Assembly: GCA_937910785.1 (NCBI GenBank)
Contig: CALDLG010000029.1
Span: 45 to 64,044, forward strand
Reading direction: 5' to 3'
Origin: an uncultured Lachnospiraceae bacterium
GTDB taxonomy: Bacteria > Bacillota > Clostridia > Lachnospirales > Lachnospiraceae
Length of the DNA stretch: 64,000 nt
Below, in pieces: positions 31,196 to 40,469 of this stretch. The notes beneath the pieces are model-generated. The model saw nothing but the letters and a program-made list of their open reading frames with translations, made no database searches and was not told where the DNA came from. Every line of letters begins with the position of its first letter. The stretch's first letter is position 1. The translations under genes and the position numbers were made by a program.

Positions 31196-34100
31196 GGGCA
31201 TTACTCGCTCCCTTACAGGAATTGGGAGAATATGAAGAAATTAAGAAAATGCTTGGGAAGGAACGGGCGGCGATTACGGTAAGCGGCTGCGTCGATTCCG
31301 AAAAGCTTCATATGATATACGGACTGAGCGATGGTTTTCGTTATAAAATCATCGTTACTTTCAATGATTTAAAGGCCAAGGAGCTTTATGAAGATTATCA
31401 GTTCTATGACAGAAATGTGATGATCTATCCCGCTAAGGATCTCATTTTTTTTCAGGCGGATATTCATGGCAATCAGCTGATTATGCAGCGGATGAAGTGC
31501 CTGCGCAGGCTGATGGAGGGCAGGCCGACAACGATAATTACGACCTTCGATGCGTTGATGACGCCGCAGATTCCGCTTTCCGTTCAGAAAGAAAATATCG
31601 TTTTCGTTAATAAACAGAGCCATATCGATGAAAGAAGTCTGGCGGTCAGACTGACAGAGTTAGGATATGAGAAAAATTATCAGGTGGAGGCGCCCGGTCA
31701 GTTCAGTATCCGGGGCGGTATTATTGACGTTTTTGATCTGACGGAGGAAAATCCTTACCGTATTGAGCTCTGGGGCGACGATGTGGAGTCCATCCGAAGT
31801 TTCGATATTCTAAGCCAGCGTTCGATCGAAAATCTGGAATCTGTTTCCATTTATCCTGCTGCAGAAATGGTTTTAAGCAGGGAAGAGCTGACGGCGGGGC
31901 TGACAAAGATTGAAAAAGAAGGAAAAGAATATGCGGAAAAACTGCGACGGGAAATGAAAACGGAGGAGGCGCACCGCGTTACAAAACAGATCGGCGAACT
32001 GAAAGAACAGCTGTTAGAGCTGGGAGTCTCTTTGAATGCGGTTAATCTGGAAAGCTATATCCGGTATTTTTATCCGACGCTGTCGAGTTTTCTGGAGGTT
32101 TTTCCGGCAGAGCAAAGCTGTGTGTTTATTGATGAGCCGATTCGTGTCGGGGAGCATGCGGATGCGGTGGAGATGGAATTTCGGGAGAGCATGCTGCACC
32201 GTGTGGAAAAAGGATACATTCTGCCGGGACAGATGGACATTCTTTTCCGGGGAGAAGAGATTGCGGCGAAGCTGACCGGTCGAAGGACCGTTGCCATTTC
32301 CATGATGGATGGAAAAAATCCGCTGTTTAAGGCAGACCGGAAGTTTGATATTCAGGCAAGAAGCATGCCTTCTTATCATAATAGCTTCGATTCGCTTGTG
32401 AAAGATTTAACGAGATATAAAAAGAACGGTTACCGGGCGCTGCTTTTATCCGGCTCCAGGACGAGGGCGAAAAGGCTGGCGGAAGATCTGCGGGAACAGG
32501 GACTTTCCGCCTTTTACAGCGAAGATCCGGAACGGGAAGTGCGGCCCGGAGAGGTAATGACTTATTACGGAAGGGTTCTGAAGGGCTTCGAGTATCCGCT
32601 TTTAAAATTTATTGTCATTTCGGAAAGTGATATTTTCGGCTCCCAGAAGAAGAAAAAGAAGCGGAAAAAGGTCTATGAGGGGCAGAAAATCAATGATTTT
32701 GCGGAGCTGAAGGTTGGCGATTATGTTGTGCATGAGAGCCATGGACTGGGCATCTACCGCGGAATCGAAAAAGTGGAAGTCGAAAAGGTTACAAAGGATT
32801 ATATCAAAATAGAATATCGGGACGGCGGGAACCTTTATATTCTGGCGACCGGGCTCGATGTGATTCAGAAATATGCTTCGGCCGATGCGGGAACGCCGAA
32901 GTTAAATAAGCTCGGCACACAGGAATGGAATAAGACCAAAACCAGAGTTAAAAGCGCGGTCAATGAAATCGCACAGGACCTGGTGGAATTGTATGCCCAC
33001 AGACAGCAGAAAAACGGTTATCAGTACGGTTCGGATACGGTCTGGCAGAGAGAATTCGAAGAAATGTTTCCGTTTGAAGAGACGGAGGATCAGCTGAATG
33101 CCATAGCCGATACGAAGGCGGATATGGAGAGCACGAAGATCATGGACCGCCTGATCTGCGGGGACGTGGGCTACGGCAAGACGGAGATTGCGATTCGGGC
33201 GGCATTCAAGGCGGTACAGGAGGGAAAGCAGGTCGCATATCTTGTGCCGACTACCATTCTGGCTCAGCAGCATTACAATACTTTCATACAGCGTATGAAG
33301 GATTTCCCGGTACGCATCGACCTGATGTCCCGTTTCCGGACGGCATCGGAGCAGAAAAAGACGGTCGAAGACCTGCGGAAGGGAATGGTGGATATTGTCA
33401 TCGGCACTCACAGGATTCTTTCCGCAGATGTGCAGCTGATTGTGGATGAAGAGCAGCGTTTCGGCGTCACGCATAAAGAAAAGATTAAAAAGATGAAGGA
33501 AGATGTGGATGTCCTCACGCTGACCGCGACGCCGATACCAAGAACGCTGCATATGAGTCTGATCGGTATCCGGGACATGAGCGTTCTCGAAGAGGGGCCG
33601 AATGACAGACAGCCGATTCAGACCTTTGTCTGTGAATATAATGAAGAACTGGTGCGGGAAGCCATTGCGCGGGAGCTGGCGAGAGAGGGACAGGTTTATT
33701 ATGTCTATAACAGGGTTTCCCATATCGCGGACATTGCGGCCTCGGTACAGAGCCTTGTGCCGGAAGCGGAGGTTGCTTTTGCGCATGGACAGATGAACGA
33801 ACGGGAGCTGGAACGCATCATGTACGATTTTATCAACGGAGAAATCGATGTGCTGGTATCCACCACCATTATCGAGACAGGGCTTGATATTTCCAATGTC
33901 AACACGATGATCATCCATGATTCCGATAATATGGGGCTGTCCCAGCTTTATCAGCTTCGCGGACGGGTAGGGCGTTCCAATCGGACTGCCTATGCTTTTC
34001 TGATGTATAAAAAGGATAAAATGCTGCGCGAGGTTGCGGAGAAAAGACTGGAAGCGATCCGGGAATTTACGGATCTCGGAAGCGGCTTCAAAATCGCGAT

Positions 34101-34728
34101 GAGGGATCTGGAAATCCGGGGCGCGGGCAATATTCTGGGAGCGAAGCAGCATGGACACATGCAGGCGGTGGGCTATGATTTGTATTGCAAAATGCTGAAT
34201 GAAGCCGTCAAAAATATAAAGGGAATTTCTACGGCGGAGAGCTTTACAACGACGATTGATCTGGATGTGGATGCCTATATTCCGCCCTCTTATATCGTGA
34301 ATGAGATTCAGAAGCTCGATATATATAAAAGAATTGCAGGAATCGAAAATGACAGGGAATGCGATGATATGAAAGAAGAGCTGCTGGACCGTTTCGGAGA
34401 GATTCCGAAATCCGCCGACAATCTGTTGCGCATTGCGCTCATCAGGGTTAAGGCGCACCGGCTCTACATGTCGGAGGTAAAAGGAAAAAATGAGCTGCTT
34501 CAGTTTATTATGCGGACGGACGCGCCGATTATGGTAGAAAATATACCGCAGCTTCTGAGCCGCTATAAGGGAAAGCTTGTTTTCGATCCGAAGGGCGTGC
34601 CTGTTTTTCGTTATCGATATAAGAAGTTCGATCTGGTGGAAAAAAATGAGGAATTTCTCATGCAGCTGACGGAGCAGCTGTTAAGCGATATGCTGATGCT
34701 TTTGCTTCCATCTGAGCAGCTGTTGTAA
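31192..34728 (+). CDS. mfd: Transcription-repair coupling factor Mfd (apparent 6-aa in-frame deletion before Walker B)
   Basis: UvrB-homology region, RID (VVHESHGLG), GDVGYGKT, DEEQRFG, TATPIPRT, QLRGRVGR, TRG motif and TRCF domain. Confidence 0.95.
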   Translation: MRALLAPLQELGEYEEIKKMLGKERAAITVSGCVDSEKLHMIYGLSDGFRYKIIVTFNDLKAKELYEDYQFYDRNVMIYPAKDLIFFQADIHGNQLIMQRMKCLRRLMEGRPTTIITTFDALMTPQIPLSVQKENIVFVNKQSHIDERSLAVRLTELGYEKNYQVEAPGQFSIRGGIIDVFDLTEENPYRIELWGDDVESIRSFDILSQRSIENLESVSIYPAAEMVLSREELTAGLTKIEKEGKEYAEKLRREMKTEEAHRVTKQIGELKEQLLELGVSLNAVNLESYIRYFYPTLSSFLEVFPAEQSCVFIDEPIRVGEHADAVEMEFRESMLHRVEKGYILPGQMDILFRGEEIAAKLTGRRTVAISMMDGKNPLFKADRKFDIQARSMPSYHNSFDSLVKDLTRYKKNGYRALLLSGSRTRAKRLAEDLREQGLSAFYSEDPEREVRPGEVMTYYGRVLKGFEYPLLKFIVISESDIFGSQKKKKKRKKVYEGQKINDFAELKVGDYVVHESHGLGIYRGIEKVEVEKVTKDYIKIEYRDGGNLYILATGLDVIQKYASADAGTPKLNKLGTQEWNKTKTRVKSAVNEIAQDLVELYAHRQQKNGYQYGSDTVWQREFEEMFPFEETEDQLNAIADTKADMESTKIMDRLICGDVGYGKTEIAIRAAFKAVQEGKQVAYLVPTTILAQQHYNTFIQRMKDFPVRIDLMSRFRTASEQKKTVEDLRKGMVDIVIGTHRILSADVQLIVDEEQRFGVTHKEKIKKMKEDVDVLTLTATPIPRTLHMSLIGIRDMSVLEEGPNDRQPIQTFVCEYNEELVREAIARELAREGQVYYVYNRVSHIADIAASVQSLVPEAEVAFAHGQMNERELERIMYDFINGEIDVLVSTTIIETGLDISNVNTMIIHDSDNMGLSQLYQLRGRVGRSNRTAYAFLMYKKDKMLREVAEKRLEAIREFTDLGSGFKIAMRDLEIRGAGNILGAKQHGHMQAVGYDLYCKMLNEAVKNIKGISTAESFTTTIDLDVDAYIPPSYIVNEIQKLDIYKRIAGIENDRECDDMKEELLDRFGEIPKSADNLLRIALIRVKAHRLYMSEVKGKNELLQFIMRTDAPIMVENIPQLLSRYKGKLVFDPKGVPVFRYRYKKFDLVEKNEEFLMQLTEQLLSDMLMLLLPSEQLL

Positions 34729-34753
34729 TTATCGGACTATTTGAAATAAAAAA

Positions 34754-34765
34754 GAACAAATGTTC
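34754..34765. promoter_or_regulatory. LexA (SOS/Cheo) box
   Basis: aGAAC-AAAT-GTTCa, a perfect Firmicutes GAAC-N4-GTTC in an intergenic position. Confidence 0.7.
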
Positions 34766-34844
34766 ATCAAAGACCGTTTTATGGGACCGTATAAGTGTTA
34801 TTCTGTTTTCAGATAAGACAAATCGTTCTGAAAGGAGAGATAAT

Positions 34845-34946
34845 ATGAAGGGATATACGGTTGAAAACGGTTATATGGGATATGTAGACGGGGGCTATAT
34901 GCTGTTTGCGAGTGAGATGGATTATGAAGAATATCTGGAAGCATAA
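34845..34946 (+). CDS. 33-aa small protein MKGYTVENGYMGYVDGGYMLFASEMDYEEYLEA, absent from the ORF track
   Basis: Strong RBS AAAGGAG 7 nt before the ATG; extended -10 TGtTATTCT at 34796-34804; repeated GY motifs. Confidence 0.75.
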   Translation: MKGYTVENGYMGYVDGGYMLFASEMDYEEYLEA

Positions 34947-35124
34947 GCGCCGGATGAGCGGAGGACTGACATTCTGACTGAGAAATTTCAGACTGCCGCA
35001 GTGGTCCGGATGCGGCGAAAGGGCACTTATTGCATAGTAACAGGCACATGATATGCTTTTCATGTCATATGATATCTTTTAGAATATGATAAATATAAAA
35101 TGTTATCGGAACAGGAGCGGTGCG

Positions 35125-35889
35125 GTGATTACCAGAATCGATCAGATTTCAGTCAACTATATAGATGAGGGCGAAGGAGATGTTATTCTGCTTCTGCATG
35201 GATGGGGAGCGAATATCACGCTGTTTCAGGGAATTATCGAAACGCTTTCCCCGAAACACCGGGTAGTCGCGCTCGATATGCCGGGCTTCGGGAAGACGCC
35301 GGAACCGCCGGAGCCCTGGTGTGTAGATGATTATGTAGAGTTTGTCATGAAATTTCTCGAGCATCTGCAGATCCGGGAATTTGGCGTGATCGTGCATTCG
35401 TTTGGCGGACGGGTGCTTTTTAAGATGAATGCGAGGGAAAATATTCCATATGCGATAAAGAAGGCGGCGTTGATTGACAGCGCCGGCATCATGCCGAAAA
35501 AAACCTGGAAGCAGAAGATGAGCCTGCGTCTGTATAAAATGGCGAGCCGGATTATGGGTACGAAGGTCCTTCATTTTTTATATCCGGATGCGGTAGAGGA
35601 TATGCGGAAGAAAAGAGGCTCTGCGGATTATAACAACGCTACCCCTACGATGCGGGCGACGCTTGTAAAGGTAGTGAATGAGGATCTTTCACCGCTGATC
35701 GGGAAGCTGAGCTGCCCGACGCTGCTGATCTGGGGCGATCAGGATACGGCAACGCCGATTTCGGACGCAAGGGCGATGGAAGCGTGGATAAAGGATGCCG
35801 GACTTGTCGTATGTGAAGGAGCGGGACACTATTCCTTCCTTGAACAGCCCGTCAAAGTGCAGGGGGCATTGCGGGCCTTTTTCGGATAG
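35125..35889 (+). CDS. Alpha/beta-fold hydrolase (esterase-like)
   Basis: LHGWG, DMPGFG, nucleophile elbow VHSFGG, D in DQDTATP, H in AGHYSF. GTG start after AGGAG. Confidence 0.88.
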   Translation: MITRIDQISVNYIDEGEGDVILLLHGWGANITLFQGIIETLSPKHRVVALDMPGFGKTPEPPEPWCVDDYVEFVMKFLEHLQIREFGVIVHSFGGRVLFKMNARENIPYAIKKAALIDSAGIMPKKTWKQKMSLRLYKMASRIMGTKVLHFLYPDAVEDMRKKRGSADYNNATPTMRATLVKVVNEDLSPLIGKLSCPTLLIWGDQDTATPISDARAMEAWIKDAGLVVCEGAGHYSFLEQPVKVQGALRAFFG

Positions 35890-35918
35890 AAAGAGTTATC
35901 ACAGAAAGGAAACGGGAT

Positions 35919-37523
35919 TTGTTCATGGATATTGTTTTATGGATTGTCTGGGCGTGTACCTACCTGTTCGGTGCCGTCCGGTTCGAGCTTTATATCATTC
36001 ATATGTTTCAGCAGAATTCCTATAAGCCGACGGAATATCGGGAATGGATGCAGGTGAAAAGTAATATTGGGAGACTTCTTGGGAAGACTCTTTATGCGCT
36101 GATCTCGCTGCCGCTTCTTTTTTTGGGCGGGAGAGGATGCCTGATCGCGGCCTGCCTGATGAATGCTATGACTATCTTAGTCAACAAACCGCGCCATGCG
36201 AAAAAACCACTTGTTTATACGCCCAGAGTGAAGAGAATGCTTGCGACGACAGCGGTTTTGTTTGCAATAGCCGCTTTTGCGGCGGCGGTGATTACGGCGT
36301 TTGGATTTGCCGACGGCTTTTCGGGAGGCATGGCGGGAAAGATATGCGCGTTTGTTCTGGACGTTTTATTCGTCCTGATTCCGTTGCTTGTTCTTCTCGT
36401 AAACAGGCTCAATCATCCGGTTGAACAGAGAATCAATCAGGGCTATATCAACGATGCGGCAAGGATTCTGAGAGAAATGCCGGATCTGACGGTTATCGGC
36501 GTGACCGGAAGTTACGGAAAGACCAGCGTAAAATATTTTCTGAGCAGACTGCTTTCCACGCAGTTCAGTGTACTGCATACGCCGGGCAATTATAATACAA
36601 CGCTCGGAGTTGTCAGAACGATCAGAGAACAAATGAAGTCGTTTCATGAAATCTTCATCTGTGAGATGGGCGCAAGGGAGGTCGGAGACATTAAGGAGAT
36701 CTGTGATCTGGTGCATCCGCGCTATGGCATTATCACTTCTGTCGGACCGCAGCATCTGCAGAGCTTTCACAGCATGGAGAACATCATTCATACGAAGTTT
36801 GAACTGGCGGACGCCGTGCCGGCGGACGGAAAGGTATTTTTAAATTACGATAATGATTATATCCGCGGGCATGAGACGAAGAAAAACGTCGTCAGCTATG
36901 GAACCCGTAAGGGGGAAGTTGACTATGCCGCATATGATATTTCCGTATCCAGAGAAGGCTCCTTTTTCAAAATGAAAGACAGAGACGGCAGAGAGTTCCG
37001 GTTTCATACGAAACTCGTCGGCAATCATAATGTGCAGAATATTGCGGGGGCGGTCGCTGTGGCCAATACTCTCGGTATTCCGATGGAGAAGCTTCTCTAT
37101 CCGGTAAAACAGCTGGAAAGCGTTCCTCACAGGCTGCAGTTATTAAAGCAGGGAAACCGGACGGTGCTTGACGATGCCTACAACTCGAATAAGAGCGGGT
37201 TTAAGGCCGCTCTTGATACCCTTGCGATGTTTGAGGATCTTCGGATTCTGGTGACACCGGGGATGGTTGAACTCGGAGACCGGCAGTATGAGGAGAACAA
37301 GGAGATTGGCATTTATGCCCATGATAAATGCGACTATGCCGTTTTAGTCGGCAGTGAGCAGACGAAACCGATTCAGGACGGTCTGATGGAATCCGGATTT
37401 CCGGGACAGCATATGATCGTCGTGGATTCGATCGAGGAAGCTTTTCAGATGGTCAATGCCATATCGGATGAGCGGCAGAAGGTTATTTTGATTGAGAATG
37501 ATTTGCCGGATAATTACGGTTAA
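35919..37523 (+). CDS. murF: UDP-MurNAc-tripeptide--D-Ala-D-Ala ligase with N-terminal transmembrane region
   Basis: TGSYGKTSVK, NYNT..G, EMGA, GPQH, DDAYNSN, PGMVELG; ~165-aa hydrophobic N-terminus. Confidence 0.88.
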   Translation: MFMDIVLWIVWACTYLFGAVRFELYIIHMFQQNSYKPTEYREWMQVKSNIGRLLGKTLYALISLPLLFLGGRGCLIAACLMNAMTILVNKPRHAKKPLVYTPRVKRMLATTAVLFAIAAFAAAVITAFGFADGFSGGMAGKICAFVLDVLFVLIPLLVLLVNRLNHPVEQRINQGYINDAARILREMPDLTVIGVTGSYGKTSVKYFLSRLLSTQFSVLHTPGNYNTTLGVVRTIREQMKSFHEIFICEMGAREVGDIKEICDLVHPRYGIITSVGPQHLQSFHSMENIIHTKFELADAVPADGKVFLNYDNDYIRGHETKKNVVSYGTRKGEVDYAAYDISVSREGSFFKMKDRDGREFRFHTKLVGNHNVQNIAGAVAVANTLGIPMEKLLYPVKQLESVPHRLQLLKQGNRTVLDDAYNSNKSGFKAALDTLAMFEDLRILVTPGMVELGDRQYEENKEIGIYAHDKCDYAVLVGSEQTKPIQDGLMESGFPGQHMIVVDSIEEAFQMVNAISDERQKVILIENDLPDNYG

Positions 37524-37570
37524 TGAGGAGAGGGCCGGCGTGGAAATAAAAAGAAGAGGAGCGGATTGTT

Positions 37571-38752
37571 ATGAAAATTAAGGTTGGCGTATTTTTTGGT
37601 GGTAAGAGCGTGGAGCATGAGGTTTCCGTCATTTCCGGCATTCAGGCCATGAATGCTTTTGACAGGGAGAAATATGATCCGATTCCGATTTATATTACGA
37701 AAGAAAACGAGATGTATACCGGAGATGCGATTGGAGATATTACAAATTACAGGAATATTCCTGATTTGCTGAAAAAGAGCATTCGTATCTTTTTCATCTG
37801 TGAGAACGGAAAACTGAATCTCGTACAGTATCCGGAGAAAAAATTCGGAAATTCCATGGTCGATTATATCGATGTGGCATTTCCCGTCGTGCATGGCGCC
37901 AATGTGGAGGACGGTTCCCTGCAGGGGTTTCTGCGGCATTACAATGTGCCGTTTGCAGGCTGTGATGTAATGGCGGCGGCAGCCTCCATGGACAAATATG
38001 TGATGAAGGCGATTTTAAAAGATAACGGTATTCCGATCCTGGACTGTGTAACGCTGCATGTCAGGGAATATCAGACGGATGAAGAAGCGGCATATCGTAA
38101 GATCGAGAGCAGAATAGAATATCCTGTTATCGTCAAGCCGGTTAATCTTGGCTCCAGCGTCGGCATTAAAGTGGCAAAGGACCGGGAAGGGCTGCAGGAA
38201 GCATTAGAATATGCTTATGAATTCGGGCAGAAGGTATTAATCGAGAGAGCCATTATGAATTTGCGCGAAATTAATTGCGCGGTGTTGGGAGATTACGAGA
38301 GCGCTCAGGCTTCGGAATGTGAGGAGCCGGTTTCCAGCGATGAGATTTTAAGCTATGAGGATAAATATGTGGCGGGAGGAAAGGGCGGTTCCGAGGGAAT
38401 GCGCACCGCAAGAAGGGAGCTTCCTGCCAATCTGACAACAACGCTCCGGGAAGAGATCCGCACACTTGCGGTCAGGACCTTTCAGGCGCTGGACTGCAGC
38501 GGTGTTTCCAGAATCGATTTTATGATCGATCAGGATACGGGAAAAGTGTATGTGAATGAAATAAATTCCATCCCCGGTTCGCTGGCTTTTTATTTATGGG
38601 AAATCATGGGAAAGCCCTATGCGGAGCTTCTCGATGATATGGTAAAGCTGGCCCTCAAGCGGGAGCGGGAAGAGAGCGGTTTTATGACTTCCTTCCGGAG
38701 CAATATTTTGCAGAATGCCAATCTGTCGGGTTCTAAGGGCGTTAAGAAATAA
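37571..38752 (+). CDS. ddl: D-alanine--D-alanine ligase
   Basis: GGKSVEHEVS, HG..VEDG..QG, KPVNLGSSVG, YEDKY, RIDF, NEINSIPG. Confidence 0.93.
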   Translation: MKIKVGVFFGGKSVEHEVSVISGIQAMNAFDREKYDPIPIYITKENEMYTGDAIGDITNYRNIPDLLKKSIRIFFICENGKLNLVQYPEKKFGNSMVDYIDVAFPVVHGANVEDGSLQGFLRHYNVPFAGCDVMAAAASMDKYVMKAILKDNGIPILDCVTLHVREYQTDEEAAYRKIESRIEYPVIVKPVNLGSSVGIKVAKDREGLQEALEYAYEFGQKVLIERAIMNLREINCAVLGDYESAQASECEEPVSSDEILSYEDKYVAGGKGGSEGMRTARRELPANLTTTLREEIRTLAVRTFQALDCSGVSRIDFMIDQDTGKVYVNEINSIPGSLAFYLWEIMGKPYAELLDDMVKLALKREREESGFMTSFRSNILQNANLSGSKGVKK

Positions 38753-38787
38753 GTGGAAGAGGCATTCGAAAAAATAAAAGGATTCAG

Positions 38788-38816
38788 GTATAAACTCCCA
38801 CCATTTACAGATACTA
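38788..38816 (+). promoter_or_regulatory. Candidate forespore sigma-G/F promoter of spoVT
   Basis: GTATA-17 nt-GATACTA; spoVT is established as forespore-expressed. Confidence 0.5.
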
Positions 38817-38867
38817 GTAGCACGATTTAATTAAAATACTATTAGCGTAAATGGAGGTTTTGATCAT

Positions 38868-39413
38868 ATGAAAGCAACAGGAATTGTTAGAAGAATAGAT
38901 GATCTCGGACGTATCGTAATCCCTAAGGAAATCCGCCGGACACTGCGGATCAGAGAAGCGGACCCGTTAGAGATCTATACGGACCGGGAAGGTGAAATTA
39001 TTCTGAAGAAATATTCTCCGATCGGAGAGATGGGAACGTTTGCCAAGCAGTATGCGGAAAGTATGGCGCAGGTATCCGGCCATATCGCGATGATTGCCGA
39101 CAGAGACCAGTTTATCGCGGTTTCCGGAGGGATGAAAAATGTTCTCGGAAAATCCATCAGCAGAGACCTGGAGGAGAAGATCAATAACAGAGAAAGCGTT
39201 GTAGCGACGAAAGGCGACAGGAATTTTATTCCCGTCTGTCATGAAGCCGATGACGAATACCAGCATGAGGCAATCAGTCCGATTATCTGTGAAGGCGATG
39301 TAATCGGGGCGGTAATTTTACTGGAAATGGATAACAAGTCGAAGATGGGTGAAGTGGAGCAGAAGCTGATCCAGTCGGCGGCGGGATTTCTGGGAAGACA
39401 GATGGAACAGTAA
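38868..39413 (+). CDS. spoVT: Stage V sporulation protein T (AbrB-like + GAF)
   Basis: MKATGIVRRIDDLGRIVIPKEIRR...KKYSPIGE...FLGRQME. Confidence 0.95.
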   Translation: MKATGIVRRIDDLGRIVIPKEIRRTLRIREADPLEIYTDREGEIILKKYSPIGEMGTFAKQYAESMAQVSGHIAMIADRDQFIAVSGGMKNVLGKSISRDLEEKINNRESVVATKGDRNFIPVCHEADDEYQHEAISPIICEGDVIGAVILLEMDNKSKMGEVEQKLIQSAAGFLGRQMEQ

Positions 39414-39440
39414 AACAGAATGAGCCGAAAGGCAGTCATT

Positions 39441-39478
39441 AAAACAGCGAACCGTTTTTGCGTAAGTTCGCTGTTTTT
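39441..39478. terminator. Bidirectional terminator between spoVT and the C39 gene
   Basis: AAAACAGCGAAC / GTTCGCTGTTTT stem. Confidence 0.8.
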
Positions 39479-39566
39479 CTGTCACGGGAAATCCGACCCA
39501 AGAGTGGTGAACCATCGGTTTTCCAAACAGAATGGCTTTAAAATTTTGAAACTGTTTCCGGAATTT

Positions 39567-40178
39567 TTAAGAACGGTCCTGATCCCTGAAAATAATAACG
39601 GCTTCCCGCATATCAAAGGGACCCATCTCGTAGAAGCCTTGGCCGGTTCTGTTGAGGCGTTCAATGGAAACAAGCCGGTTGGCCCGTTTGGGCTGGCCGT
39701 TTATAAACGTAATGCCGGGTTCTCCGTATTCTTCGCTGAACTCAGGATCGTCTTCTTCCTCATAATATGGATCAAAAACATACAGACTGTCGCCTTCGAT
39801 GCCTGTCAGAAGGACATAGTGGGATACTTCCAGAAACAGGCGCAGGACAACGACACCGCCCTGTCGAAGCGCGTTACTGATTTTGTCCGTCTGATCGATA
39901 TGTACTTTTTCACCGGAAAGAAATTCACAGGAAATCGGGAAATTTTTCATCTGCCCGAACTGATTGAGCCAGTCGGTAAGAAACATCATGGCGGACGCAG
40001 AGGTGCCGCGTTTGCCCATTTCGCCTTCTTCATTATAAGAATCCAGGCAATAGAGCATAATATATTTGATGATGACGGGAGGTATCTCTTCTCTTTCGAA
40101 GAGAAACCGAACCGCGTTGGTAAGCGAGACCGGGCCGCAGTCATATTCGCTGGACTGATAGTTGAGCAGATTTTTCAT
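39567..40178 (-). CDS. Peptidase C39-like cysteine protease
   Basis: Q....DCGP, HYVLL, FDPY catalytic pattern. Confidence 0.8.
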   Translation of the reverse strand: MKNLLNYQSSEYDCGPVSLTNAVRFLFEREEIPPVIIKYIMLYCLDSYNEEGEMGKRGTSASAMMFLTDWLNQFGQMKNFPISCEFLSGEKVHIDQTDKISNALRQGGVVVLRLFLEVSHYVLLTGIEGDSLYVFDPYYEEEDDPEFSEEYGEPGITFINGQPKRANRLVSIERLNRTGQGFYEMGPFDMREAVIIFRDQDRS

Positions 40179-40248
40179 CGTTTGGAATACCTTTCTGAAC
40201 TATGTTCGGTATGGAAGCATAACACTTTCTAAGCTACAAAGTGATTGT

Positions 40249-40277
40249 AATATACAACGGATACAGGGCATTGTCAA
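40249..40277 (-). promoter_or_regulatory. sigma-A promoter of the C39 gene
   Basis: TTGACA-17 nt-TATATT. Confidence 0.7.
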
Positions 40278-40338
40278 GAAGCCGCGGCGGGCTTCCGTTC
40301 AGGTATCCGTCTAAAACATCGAAATCTTCAAAAAAAGA

Positions 40339-40396
40339 TTGACAATGTTAATATATGGAAATATAATATACGAAATTCCTAGTTAATTGGTAGGAA
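40339..40396 (+). promoter_or_regulatory. Consensus sigma-A promoter plus Rrf2/CymR-like operator
   Basis: TTGACA-17 nt-TATAAT (40339-40367), then the inverted repeat TTCCTA-N9-TAGGAA (40376-40396). Confidence 0.75.
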
Positions 40397-40469
40397 GTGT
40401 GGATTTGTGCCGATGCCAACGGTATTGGGCAGCAAATGCCGCAGGAGGAGAGGAGCGTATCATAATATT

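Noticed and set aside
32902..34458. 518-aa ORF antisense to mfd
   Set aside because: Shadow ORF from codon bias of a conserved gene; no RBS or recognisable motifs.
34798..35063. Minus-strand 83- and 84-aa ORFs after mfd
   Set aside because: No RBS; the plus-strand 33-aa ORF has a strong RBS and promoter elements and explains the region better.
35919..38752. van-type glycopeptide resistance cluster
   Set aside because: No vanH/X/Y/T/R/S genes, and the ligase keeps the D-Ala-D-Ala-type Tyr.
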